Assembly: GCA_963714275.1 (NCBI GenBank)
Contig: CAVQNT010000006.1
Span: 96,001 to 160,000, forward strand
Source: Candidatus Bathyarchaeota archaeon
GTDB taxonomy: Archaea; Thermoproteota; Bathyarchaeia; Bathyarchaeales; DTEX01
Length of the DNA: 64,000 nt
Reading direction: 5' to 3'
The translations under genes were made by a program, and so were the position numbers. Shown in pieces: positions 1 to 10,165 of the stretch; position 1 is the stretch's first letter, and each line of letters begins with the position of its first letter. Under the pieces are notes generated by a model. The model was not told where the DNA came from and did no database searches. It saw only the letters and a program-made list of their open reading frames with translations.

Positions 1-11
1 ACGCCTCGACT

Positions 12-1188
12 ATGAGAACTGGTGGCGATGTTCTTCATTATCTATATAGCCAAACAGAGTCGATGTTTAAGAGGATGGCTAATAGAATCAAGGCGATGGG
101 AGACCACATGGCGATGCTTATGGAAGGTTACACCATCATCGCCATCCTTGGGACTCTCGGAATTTACATGATATTCATTGTATCCTTAAGCTTTCCCCAG
201 TTTCAAGCCATGCCTCCAGAAACGTTCATTTTATTCGCGTTCGCCCTCTTGCCCGGTATTTCCATAGCATTCCTTTACTTCGCAGATACGATGCAAATAA
301 ATTATCCCATCTCCCAATGGAAGGCCTATAGAGACTTTGGCTGTTTCAGTGCCAGCTGGGCTTTTTGTGGTTTCTCAGATGGTTTTGCCATATTTTAATT
401 TGAATTTCATTACTCTTCCGTTTATTTCCGAAATTCCTACAATATTGCGAAGCATCCTTACTCTTGAAGAGGGAACTGAGCCAGCTCTGGGTTTAGCGTT
501 AAGCCTGATAATATTGTCTTTGCCTATGACCATTTTCGACAATCATTATTCAGAAACCGAAAAAGGTATACTTGATGGTGTGACTAACTTTCTTAGGGAT
601 CTTGTTGAAAACAGGAAGACAGGATTGAGTCCTGAAAAAAGTATTCAGTTACTTGCGGATAGAGACTACGGAAAGTTTTCGAAGTACATTAAATTTATGA
701 GCGCAGAGATTAGTTGGGGGATTCCACTAAAGCAAGTATTTGAAGATTTTAAAAGCCGAGTAAAAAACTGGTTGTGCCTAGTTAACCTTTATCTCCTTAT
801 TGACACGATTGAGGTTGGGGGCGGAACAGAGGAAAGTCTCGAATCCTTAGCTGAGTTTGCTGAAGAAACTAGGGAACTTGAAACTGAACGCAAGTCAAGT
901 CTTGCTCCACTTTTCCTTGTGCCTTACATGGGCGCAGCCATTCTGACAATAACGACATTGATGTTGCTGCAGTTGTTCACTAGCATGGCCACCATTGGGG
1001 GTCAACAGATAGCCACAGTGGAGCTGGCGAAGATGCTTGTGACTCCTCTTATTCTTCACTCTTTCATTCTAGGCATAGTTACTGGAAAAATAGTTAATGG
1101 AAGAGTCTCAGCGGGATTCAAACACGCAATGATTCTAGTAATAGTGTCCGTGGCAGGAATCTATGTGGCAACTCACATGTTACATTGA
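12..1188 (+). CDS. Type II secretion/type IV pilus platform membrane protein (T2SSF, TadC/FlaJ-like); 5' end probably outside the window; frameshift near 340-400
   Basis: Multi-TM protein with a T2SSF domain (FLRDLVENRKTGLSPEKSI...YGKFS...SWGIP...IEVGGG); ORFs 12-398 and 337-1188 join. Confidence 0.8.
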
Positions 1189-1394
1189 TAGATACAAAAC
1201 ATTTTAACTGAATGAGGCAACTTATCCCCTTTTCCTCTAATTATATTAAAATTAATAATTATCTTAATGTAAGTTAATGTGATATTTGTTTTTGATACAT
1301 AGGTACTTTTCATAAATCTTTTCTACTATCCCCGTATAGCCATTCTAATAAACAGTTCGATTTGAAGCAGTCAACTGCAGTAGGTAAAACTAAG

Positions 1395-3348
1395 ATGAAC
1401 AAGCAATCAATAAAAATATTTGTTTTCATGACACTTTTAATCAGCATAAGTATATCACAAAAAGTTCCAACGGGAATCAATGAAGTCTCAGCACTACCTG
1501 TTGTTCCCTACACACTTGGAAAATGGACATATGTAGGAAAAGCTATTTCCCCAATTAAGGTAAACGATAGTCAGATTATTATTGGCGCTAATTATACTTT
1601 TGTTTGTAACCTCAGGGCCGGATCCAAGTATCACGTCTATTTTTACGGGGAATGGATAGATCCTACACCTCTTGTGGATAAAACCGATTATGACATTTAT
1701 GTTTACAACCCCTTTGGTCAACTTGAATCGATGCATACTGAGTCAGCTGGGTTGCCCGAACACTTAGGTACAACCGTTAATGAGCCCTTCTTTATTCCCA
1801 AATACACCGGGAATTATAGTATTCTTGTGAAGAATGATGCTAAAGAAAGTCGGGGAGAGAAGGGTGGAACTCTCATGATTATCGAACATATAGAATGCAA
1901 CCAGTGGTATGAGATTCACATGCAAGGAAAGGTGAACGGAAATGCAATGCTTGATACTTGCTGGGCTTACGAATTCACGACCACTTCAGGACGGGTTGAG
2001 ATCCCTGTTATAGTTCCCGACCCTCCGGAAGCATATCTTGACATGTATGAAGTTCAGCTCTATCTTATGGCGAATCCATCAGATGGAATTGGACAAACAT
2101 TGAATGGTGTGCCATTGCCATGGGAACCTGGCTTGTATGGAGACGCCACTGGGTCTGGGGCAGCCACATATGGTGGGTATAGATTGACTGCTGAAGGTTT
2201 TAGCCACGCAAATGCTTCTGCGAGCTGTGAATATTATGGTCAGGATATGTTCATTGATTACTCGTCTGGATTATCTGACGATCCAAGTCGTTTACTCCTG
2301 TACCATCTTGCCTTGATCGCGGAAGAGGGCGAAGGCAATGTCAGGTTCATGTTTAAGACCGATTTTAATCCTCCGACATTAAACATAGCGAATCCAATTT
2401 ACAGAGCCTAATTCTGATGAAGACGTTGATATAACCGCTCATGCTATTGATGGTGAATCAGGAATGAAAAGCGTCATTCTGAACTACACTATAAACAATT
2501 GGATTAACTGGACTGCCATTGATATGATTCCCTCAGTAAATAATACTTTTATGGCAACTATTCCAAAGCAGCTCGGAGGAAAAACTGTAAAATACAAAGT
2601 CACTGTTATGGACATGGCTGAGAATACCATAACGATGGAGAGCTCATACGCTGTAAAGAATAAGTCATACTTGTATATCACGTTGTCAAAAACATCCCTC
2701 CAAGGAGGAGATAGCACACAGATTGTTGGCTGGCTATCACGAGGTTTAGCTGACGTGACCCTTGACTTCGTTTGGCAAGGCACTCACACCTTGAAAACAG
2801 TTCAAGCTGCTATGAATGGCTCCTTCATGTATGAATTTACGCCCGATAAAGCTGGAAATTGGACGGTTTCCGCAAGTTGGCTCGGAGACCAAGAATGGTG
2901 GAATGCATCCAGCGAGTCTTGTTCATTCGTCGTTCAGAAACTATCAACCACAATAACATGTAGTATTGGTCATACAGACTTTGTATCTAGGTGAAGACTT
3001 GGATGTGACAGGATATGTTTTCCCTGCTGAGCTAAACATAGAGGTGGTTGTGAGCTTACTAAGCCTGATGGAACAATGGTCACAAGACCGGTCTACACGA
3101 GTTCTGACGGTTCATACGAGTTACTTGCGTTTCAACCAATCCTCAAAGGGCAGTGGGAAGTTCAGGCAGAAGTATCTGGTGATGAGTTCCATCTACCCTC
3201 AAACAGCAGTACTGTAAGCCTTGCTGTGAACGACACTTGGTTCAACGAGTACAAAATTTACATTATTGGTGCAGGAGGAGTCGCTGGAATAGTGGCTTTA
3301 GGAATCTTCCTGTTAACACGTGGCAAGGCTGAAGTTGAGGAAGAGTAA
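1395..3348 (+). CDS. Secreted/cell-surface multidomain protein with Ig-like repeats and a C-terminal TM anchor; frameshifted
   Basis: Signal-peptide-like N-terminus, DYDIYVYNP motif, beta-rich repeats (GNWTVSASWLGD, GQWEVQAEVSGD), C-terminal TM; ORF pieces 1362-2411, 2464-2994, 2966-3217 and 3076-3348 are collinear. Confidence 0.6.
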
Positions 3349-3412
3349 ACAAGCCTTTTCGATACTTTTAACCGTTTTTGAAGGCTTTTTCGCATCGTTT
3401 TGCCTATTGTCC

Positions 3413-3440
3413 AAGGTTTAGAACACGTGTTCTAAAACAT
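3413..3440. promoter_or_regulatory. Palindromic site (perfect 20-bp core TTTAGAACACGTGTTCTAAA at 3417-3436)
   Basis: Seen directly; about 40 bp upstream of the beta-propeller ORF; related copy at 24244-24272. Confidence 0.55.
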
Positions 3441-3477
3441 AGAATTATGATAGTTTGACTCTCTAAAATATGTTCTA

Positions 3478-5391
3478 GTGACATATATGAACAAACATAG
3501 TTTATCAAGATTGCCTGTTAATGGATACAAATTCGTAACAAGATCCTATACTGCGGTCATGACGGGAATAACGCTTGGCCTAATCGTAATGAGCTTAGCA
3601 TTGTCTCTAACGTTTGTTCCAAATACAGTTAATTCTTCAGCAAGTTCAACTCTTCAAAGATTCTCTTCATATTCGGAGCTTAAGACATTCCTAAATAACA
3701 GCGGATACGTAGGACCTTATTATTACACTTTCACAAGGGGAGGACAGCCTCTTTCATTTACTGGGGCGATGGATTTGTCAAAAGAAAATACTGTTGATTA
3801 TTCGAAGACTAACATTCAGGTTGAAGGCGTTGACGAGGCGGACATCGTAAAAAGCGACGGCGAATACCTGTATCTCGCTTCAGGCAGCAAAGTTCTAATC
3901 CTGAAAGCGTATCCAGCGGACGACGCTCAGATTGTTGCGGAAATAATTCTGAAGGGAACTATTTCTGGTATCTTCGTGAATGAGGACAGGTTAATCGTGT
4001 TCGAATCTGCATACCAAGACATCGTGTACAATCGTATGCCTATCACCATTTATCCCTCACAAACAATGGTACAAATCAAGGTCTACGACATCACTGACAG
4101 AAGCAACCCCATTCTAGTAAGAACTGTTTCGTCAGATGGATGGTATTTCACTTCTAGGATGATTGGCGATTACGTCTATGTAATCGTGGACTCACCTGCA
4201 TACATTCGTGAAGGCGAAATTACTCTGCCAATAATCATCAAAGAGGGCGGTGCCGAAAGGGTAGAAGCCACAGATGTTTACTACATGAATGTAACAGACT
4301 ACAGTTATGGCTTCACAACAGTTTTCGCCATCAACATCAAAGACGAAAGCGTCGAACCTACTCATGAAACGTTCCTCCTCGGAGCCAGCAGCGCAATGTA
4401 CGCGTCAGTAAACAACATCTATCTGGCTATTCCAAGCTACGACTATGAAACAAGCATCGAAAGGACAAACATAGTGCGGATCCAAGTGCAAGGAAGCCTC
4501 ATAACCAGCGAAGCAACAGGACAGGTTCCTGGACGAGTGTTGAACCAATACTCGATGGACGAATTCGAGGGATATTTCAGAATTGCCACCACAATAAGCA
4601 GCTTTACAAGCCTAAATGGTCAAGCAACATCCGGCAACAACGTGTACGTTCTGAACATGAACCTAACTATCGTAGGTACACTGGAAAACTTGACTCCCGG
4701 CGAAAGCATCTATTCCGCCCGGTTCATGGGTTCGAAGTGCTACTTGGTTACTTTCAAAAAGGTTGACCCGCTTTTCGTGATTGGGCTGGATGATCCCACT
4801 GCTCCTAGGGTTCTTGGAAGGCTCAAGATTCCGGGCTTTTCCGATTATCTTCACCCCTACAGTGAGAACCTGTTGATAGGCATCGGCAAAGAGACAGTTG
4901 AGTCTGAGGAAGGAGACTTTGCTTGGTACCAAGGCGTCAAGATAGCGTTGTTCGACGTGAGCGACGTTGAGAACCCTAGAGAAATAGCAAAATACATCAT
5001 AGGCGACAGAGGAACAGACTCTCCCGTCCTGAGAGATCCTAAAGCTTTCCTGTTCGACAAGGACCGAAACTTGCTCGCAATACCGATTCTTCTGGCTGAA
5101 ATAAACGAGAACCAGTACCCAGAAGGAGTTCCAAAAAACGCTTACGGAGAGTACGTCTGGCAGGGGCTTTACGTGTTCACGATCACGGAAGACTCCATAA
5201 CCTTGAGAGGGCAAGTCACACACGTCAACAATCCTGAAGAATTCATGAAAAGCGGATACTACTATTACTCAGAGTTCTCTGTGACACGCAGCCTGTACGT
5301 CGAAAACATGCTTTACTCGATTTCGGACGCGAAGGTCAAAATAAGCGACCTGACAAGCCTTGAAACAGTAAACGAAATTAAACTGCCGTAA
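3478..5391 (+). CDS. Secreted beta-propeller domain protein (Beta_propel family)
   Basis: Family motifs YSKTNIQVEGVDEADIVKSDG, LNQYSMDE, IYSARFMG, LKIPGFSDYLHP; N-terminal TM/signal. Confidence 0.9.
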   Translation: MTYMNKHSLSRLPVNGYKFVTRSYTAVMTGITLGLIVMSLALSLTFVPNTVNSSASSTLQRFSSYSELKTFLNNSGYVGPYYYTFTRGGQPLSFTGAMDLSKENTVDYSKTNIQVEGVDEADIVKSDGEYLYLASGSKVLILKAYPADDAQIVAEIILKGTISGIFVNEDRLIVFESAYQDIVYNRMPITIYPSQTMVQIKVYDITDRSNPILVRTVSSDGWYFTSRMIGDYVYVIVDSPAYIREGEITLPIIIKEGGAERVEATDVYYMNVTDYSYGFTTVFAINIKDESVEPTHETFLLGASSAMYASVNNIYLAIPSYDYETSIERTNIVRIQVQGSLITSEATGQVPGRVLNQYSMDEFEGYFRIATTISSFTSLNGQATSGNNVYVLNMNLTIVGTLENLTPGESIYSARFMGSKCYLVTFKKVDPLFVIGLDDPTAPRVLGRLKIPGFSDYLHPYSENLLIGIGKETVESEEGDFAWYQGVKIALFDVSDVENPREIAKYIIGDRGTDSPVLRDPKAFLFDKDRNLLAIPILLAEINENQYPEGVPKNAYGEYVWQGLYVFTITEDSITLRGQVTHVNNPEEFMKSGYYYYSEFSVTRSLYVENMLYSISDAKVKISDLTSLETVNEIKLP

Positions 5392-5414
5392 AAACCGCTT
5401 TATACCCTTTTTTT

Positions 5415-6062
5415 CTATTTTTTATTAATAATCTTTAGAATTTTTTCTACTATGACTTCAGGGGGCGTCATCAAGTCGTCGCAGTGAACGTCTTTCAGAA
5501 GCCTTTTTTTCCTGTAATATTGTATTAGTGGCTCGGTTTTTTCGCGGTAGACGTTAAGCCTTTCTTGTATGACTTCGGGTTGGTCGTCGCGTCTCTGGAA
5601 AAGTTCGCCTCCGCAGTTGTCGCATACGTGCTCTTTTTTTGGTTTCAGTGTCAACAGGTTGTAGATGGCTCCGCACTTCTTGCATATGACCCTGTTCGAC
5701 AGCCGCGTGACAATGATTTGGTCGGGCACATTCAGGTTAACGGCAACGTCGATTTTCGAGATTTTTCCCAAAGCTTCAGCCTGATTAATGGTTCGGGGAA
5801 ACCCGTCAAGTATGAAGCCCTTTTCGCAGTCGGGTTTCTTCAGCCTATCCGCCAGGAGCTGGATTATGATTTCGTCGGGGACAAGTTCGCCTTTGTCACT
5901 GTATTGCCTGATTTTTGTGCCAAGTTCGGTTTGAGCCTTAATTTCGTCGCGAACCATATCGCCCGTCGAAATGTGTGGTATACCAAGGTTAACGTTGAGC
6001 CTTGAAGCGTAGGTTCCTTTTCCTGCCCCAGGGGCACCTAGCATCACGATTTTCATCAACAA
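5415..6062 (-). CDS. adk: Adenylate kinase (bacterial type, Zn-LID)
   Basis: GAPGAGKGT P-loop, HISTGD, GFILDGFPRT, CKKC..CDNC lid. Confidence 0.95.
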   Translation of the reverse strand: MLMKIVMLGAPGAGKGTYASRLNVNLGIPHISTGDMVRDEIKAQTELGTKIRQYSDKGELVPDEIIIQLLADRLKKPDCEKGFILDGFPRTINQAEALGKISKIDVAVNLNVPDQIIVTRLSNRVICKKCGAIYNLLTLKPKKEHVCDNCGGELFQRRDDQPEVIQERLNVYREKTEPLIQYYRKKRLLKDVHCDDLMTPPEVIVEKILKIINKK

Positions 6063-6388
6063 CCACCATGTTGGTTCCGTGTTCTTTTTTCTTTAGAGTG
6101 CTTAGTATGTACGTGATGCTCCTTTATTTCTTTCTATGCCCGTTGGAACATTTTCTCTTTAGGCTATCTCACTAAGGCGGAAATATAAATATTAAACTTT
6201 GGTTGAGGGCGGCTCAAAAGCTTGGTACTTCGTCATGTTGCTCTTTTTCTGATGAGACAGATCAGATCATCGCCACCCCGATTATTTTTCGGGTTCGCTG
6301 AATATAAACCAATAGAACCGTTAAGGGTTAGGCTTAGATTTTTGTCTAAATCCTTTAAATGTCTAAATATCATTGTTTTGTTTGTGGG

Positions 6389-6757
6389 ATGGCATTGGAC
6401 CGAATTGTGGCTTACTGCGGATTAATGTGTTCCAGCTGCCCCATTCTGTTGGCGACGCAAAAAGACGACGACGAAGAGAGAAAGCGAGTAGCTGAACTGG
6501 TCAAAAAACAATACGGCAAAGAATGCACGGCGGAGGATATAAACTGCGACGGTTACCTCACTGAGGGACCGCGAATCTGGTATCTCTGCTTCACTTGCCC
6601 GATTAGAAAGTGCGCAAGACAGAGAAACGTAAAGAACTGTTCCTATTGCACCGAATATCCATGTGAAACGCTCATGAAATTCTTTAAAGAGACCCCAGAA
6701 GCCAAAGAAACATTGGATAAAATAAAATTCGAACTGAATCCTTCTAAAATCAGATAA
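6389..6757 (+). CDS. DUF3795 family Cys-rich protein
   Basis: AYCGLMCSSC...CDG...CPIRKCA...NCSYCTEYPC pattern. Confidence 0.8.
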   Translation: MALDRIVAYCGLMCSSCPILLATQKDDDEERKRVAELVKKQYGKECTAEDINCDGYLTEGPRIWYLCFTCPIRKCARQRNVKNCSYCTEYPCETLMKFFKETPEAKETLDKIKFELNPSKIR

Positions 6758-6769
6758 TTGGACTAACAG

Positions 6770-7729
6770 CTACGCAAGAAGTATTGCTCCACTCGGTTCG
6801 TACTTGCCTTTAACCGTGTATCCCGAGAGGTGCGAGAGTTTCACTGCGAACTCTTCTATGTCCTTCATGTACGGCATAGCGTTCTTAGGCAGCCGTTTTT
6901 GGCTTTGACCGACCCATTCGTAAGCTTTAACCTCAATGAAATTCGGCTGGGCTTTCTTGACGAGCTCAGCGTATTCCTCGTGACCAGTCATGTTCCACCC
7001 TTTAATCATCGTAAGCCTTAGGACCTTGCGGGTGTTCAGGCTTGGAAGCAGCTCCAGCGTCCTATTCAGCCTTTCCCAAGCGTCCTTTCCAAGTGGCTGT
7101 GCGATCGTTGCATACGTTTTCTTGTTTGGAGCTGAGATACTTACATACAGCTGAAAAGGCAACGGAGCCAACTTTTCTAGGGCTTCAGGCATTGTCCCGT
7201 TTGTCACAAGAAAGGTCAGCATGCCCCGTTTTTGGGCTTCGCTGATGAGTTCGGAAGTTTTCGGGTACAATGTCGGTTCGCCAGTGAGGCTCATCGTCAT
7301 CATCGTCGGCTTCAGGGCTTCCCCGAATTTGGTTCTTTCGGCTTTTGGGTTGCCCTTCCATCCCGACAAAAGCAGGTTCCTCTTCTCTATTGCCTGATCG
7401 ATAATATGGGCTGGTTCATCGAAGTCGTCCACGCTCAACGGAAACTCTTTCCATTTTAGTCCTTGTCTGTCTCCTGAATGAAGCCGCCAACAGTGGAGGC
7501 AGTGGCAGTCGCAGCCGAGGTACGGGGTCATCATCATGCATCGGTGGCTTTGAACAGGAGGATACCACAACTCTTTGTAGCAAACCCTGTTGTGTCGGAG
7601 GCTTTCTTTCGTCCATTGGCAAACCTTAACTGCGCTGTGAAGGTGGCTGCCGACAAGCCTGTATCCTTGCCTGTAATAGATTTTGTGTATTTGCGCCTCT
7701 AAGGTGTGCTCAAAGTCTTTCGTTGCCAT
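6770..7729 (-). CDS. tyw1: 4-demethylwyosine synthase TYW1/Taw1 (radical SAM)
   Basis: HSAVKVCQWT, CYKELWY, CDCHCLHCWR (CxxxCxxC), SLTGEPTLY, FLVTNGT, FIEVKAY. Confidence 0.9.
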   Translation of the reverse strand: MATKDFEHTLEAQIHKIYYRQGYRLVGSHLHSAVKVCQWTKESLRHNRVCYKELWYPPVQSHRCMMMTPYLGCDCHCLHCWRLHSGDRQGLKWKEFPLSVDDFDEPAHIIDQAIEKRNLLLSGWKGNPKAERTKFGEALKPTMMTMSLTGEPTLYPKTSELISEAQKRGMLTFLVTNGTMPEALEKLAPLPFQLYVSISAPNKKTYATIAQPLGKDAWERLNRTLELLPSLNTRKVLRLTMIKGWNMTGHEEYAELVKKAQPNFIEVKAYEWVGQSQKRLPKNAMPYMKDIEEFAVKLSHLSGYTVKGKYEPSGAILLA

Positions 7730-7895
7730 GCGATGTGTTAGCCTCGTTTTCCTAAAAGCAGTAAAGAAAAAAGCCTTAGAATGATATAAAAGAATCGTTA
7801 AGCCCCAGACGGTAGAATGACTGTGGGTTGAAACCATAACCCTTATCTGATTCGCGGATGTTACTTAAGATTCTTCGTCGCCGGGTGTTTTTAGA

Positions 7896-8462
7896 ATGAC
7901 TGAAACCGTTGAAGACGCCCAGAAACCTGCTAAAACGGAAAAAATTGACCCGAAATTCAAGTACGAAATTATGAAGATGCCTGGTGCAGGAAAGATTCAA
8001 CTTTGCTTCCAATGCGGCACATGCACAGCTGACTGCGCAATCGCAAGGTTCACGGAATTTTATAAGCCCAGAAAAATTGCCCGCATGGTTCAGCTTGGAT
8101 TAAAGGACAGGCTTGTGGGAAACGACGTTTTGTGGCTTTGCACTACTTGCCACACGTGCGATGACCATTGCCCGCAAGGCGTGGAGGTTTCAAGCATCGT
8201 CCGTGCGCTGAGAAACATGTCAGTGAAAAGCCGAGGAGAGATGCCATTCATCCACAAGACCTTCGCTTCCAACATTCTAAAGACAGGCTATGTCTATCTG
8301 ATGCCGGAGTCGCGGGTGAAGAAACGTGAAGAGCAAGGATTGCCGCCGTTGCCAAAACCGAATCTTAGCGACGTTGTTAAGCTTTTTAAAGTCACAGGAT
8401 TCGCTGAGATGTTGGAGACAGCGAAGACTTTAGAAAATGTCAAAACCAAAGCTGGGAGCTAA
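7896..8462 (+). CDS. hdrC: Heterodisulfide reductase subunit C-like Fe-S protein
   Basis: CFQCGTCTADC and WLCTTCHTCDDHCPQGV; adjacent to hdrB. Confidence 0.9.
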   Translation: MTETVEDAQKPAKTEKIDPKFKYEIMKMPGAGKIQLCFQCGTCTADCAIARFTEFYKPRKIARMVQLGLKDRLVGNDVLWLCTTCHTCDDHCPQGVEVSSIVRALRNMSVKSRGEMPFIHKTFASNILKTGYVYLMPESRVKKREEQGLPPLPKPNLSDVVKLFKVTGFAEMLETAKTLENVKTKAGS

Positions 8463-8463
8463 G

Positions 8464-9351
8464 ATGGCTGAGCTTGAATACCTCTTCTTTCTGGGCTGCC
8501 TCATTCCTTATAGGCTCGCAAGCTACGAGGTGTCAGCCCGAAAGGTTCTCGGAAAACTCGGCGTAAAGATGGTTGAGATGCCCGAGTTTAATTGTTGCGG
8601 TTTTCCCGTTGCGCCCGTGAATTTTGAATTAGCGCTTTCTTTGGCTGCACGCAACCTGTGTTTGGCAGAGCAGAGGAAAATGAACATTTTAACGCTCTGC
8701 AACGGCTGCTTCGGCACCCTGAACGAAGCCAACAGGATGCTTAAAGAAGATAAGGCGTTGAGGGACAGGGTTAACAGGTACCTGCAACAAGTGAACATGG
8801 AGTTCAAGGGAACAACGTCGGTAAAGCACCTAGTTCACGTTTTAACCGAAGACATCGGACAGGAAAAGCTGAAAGAACACGTCAAGTCTCCCTTAACAGG
8901 ACTTCGCGTGGCTCAGCACACTGGTTGCCACCTGTTGCGTCCAGCTAAGCATGTGGGTCACGGGGACAACCCGGAGGACCCTAAGATTCTCAAAAAGCTA
9001 ATAGGGTTGACGGGTGCTGCATGTTTGGATTATGTTGATGAAACCGAATGCTGTGGCAACACGGTGATCGGCGTTAACGAGGAGGTTCCGTTCCAGATGG
9101 CGAAGGGAAAGCTAGACCACGTCAAATCTGTTGGCGCACAAGCATTGGTGACGGTTTGCCCCTCGTGTCACATGATGTACGATTTTAGCCAGCCGCGGAT
9201 AGAGAAAGCTTTCAACGTAAGTTTCGGTTTGCCTGTTCTGCATTACACTCAGCTGTTGGGACTAGCAATGGGCTTCAAGCCAGAGGAGCTTGGACTCGAT
9301 GAGCTCAGAGTGAAACCAACCTTTCTGTTAAGCCAAATGCAAACAAGATAA
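8464..9351 (+). CDS. hdrB: Heterodisulfide reductase subunit B-like (CCG domains)
   Basis: FLGC, NCCG, CNGC, GCHLLRP, ECCG, CPSCH, PVLHYTQLLGLAMG. Confidence 0.92.
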   Translation: MAELEYLFFLGCLIPYRLASYEVSARKVLGKLGVKMVEMPEFNCCGFPVAPVNFELALSLAARNLCLAEQRKMNILTLCNGCFGTLNEANRMLKEDKALRDRVNRYLQQVNMEFKGTTSVKHLVHVLTEDIGQEKLKEHVKSPLTGLRVAQHTGCHLLRPAKHVGHGDNPEDPKILKKLIGLTGAACLDYVDETECCGNTVIGVNEEVPFQMAKGKLDHVKSVGAQALVTVCPSCHMMYDFSQPRIEKAFNVSFGLPVLHYTQLLGLAMGFKPEELGLDELRVKPTFLLSQMQTR

Positions 9352-9420
9352 GATTCGTCTGGAATGTTTTGTTCAACATTTGGAAGTGTATTTTGAACAA
9401 CATACTGCTTTGTCTTAGAC

Positions 9421-9540
9421 CTGTCCTGTTTTGTGTGACATTGGATTTTTCCGTTTGCATAATAATAACCGTCGATCTGTGAAGACCTGTTCTGTTTTGC
9501 AGCGCACCTGTTCTGTTGTTTTGGGGCGTAAAAATTGAAC
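9421..9540 (-). repeat. Dispersed intergenic repeat, copy 1
   Basis: Reverse complement aligns along its length with 50859-50965 and shares the AAAAMTCSAATGTYACAMAAAWCAG core with 22781-22914 and 63849-63982. Confidence 0.75.
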
Positions 9541-9606
9541 ATGTCAGTGAACATTTATTTTAATCAGTTGACACATTATATGTGAAGGAATGGAAGGTGG
9601 TTTTGC

Positions 9607-10077
9607 ATGGTCAAGAAGAAGAGTTGGGTTGAAAAGCTCAATGACAGCAAGGGGCTGCCTAGGGTTGTTGTTATCACTGACAAAATGAGTAAGAGGTGGG
9701 GAACTGGGACAGTCGCAATTCCTGCACCTCTTGAGGTTGACGGATTGATGAGGAGGGTGCCCAAGAGGAAGCTGACCACAATCAACGAGATTCGAGAAGC
9801 AGTCGCAAAGAAGCATAACGCCACAATCGGTTGCCCAATAACGACAGGCATTTTCGCTTGGGTATCTGCTAACGCAGTCTGAAGAGCTGAAACAAGAAGG
9901 AAAAACGGACATCACTCCTTACTGGCGAACCCTCAAAGTAGGCGGAATCTTAAACCCAAAATATCCCGGCGGCGTTGAGGGACAGAAAAGCTGTTAGAAA
10001 AAGAGGGACACAAAATAGTTCAGAAAGGCAAGAACTGCGTTGTTGTGGACTACGGAAAAGCCTTAGCGGAACTGTGA
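9607..10077 (+). CDS. MGMT/alkyltransferase-like DNA-binding protein; frameshifted near 9880 and 9990
   Basis: After the ORF-track stop, shifted frames read EELKQEGKTDITPYWRTLKVGGILNPKYPGG and LLEKEGHKIVQKG... Confidence 0.75.
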
Positions 10078-10165
10078 CTTAGGTGCTGCTGAGAACACAA
10101 CCATAATATACAGCTGTTTAAACGGTTTTTCTATAATAAGAACCCAGTTAAAGACAAAATAGGGC

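Noticed and set aside
6249-6301. Box C/D sRNA or hammerhead ribozyme (CTGATGA...CTGA)
   Set aside because: No properly spaced D'/C' boxes and no GAAA core with supporting stems
9249-9554. 101-aa minus-strand ORF across repeat copy 1 as a repeated small protein
   Set aside because: The equivalent frame has stop codons in copies 3 and 4, and the ORF overlaps hdrB antisense
9880-9882. In-frame TGA in the MGMT-like gene as selenocysteine or readthrough
   Set aside because: The protein continues in a different frame, so this is a frameshift; no SECIS-like hairpin was noticed
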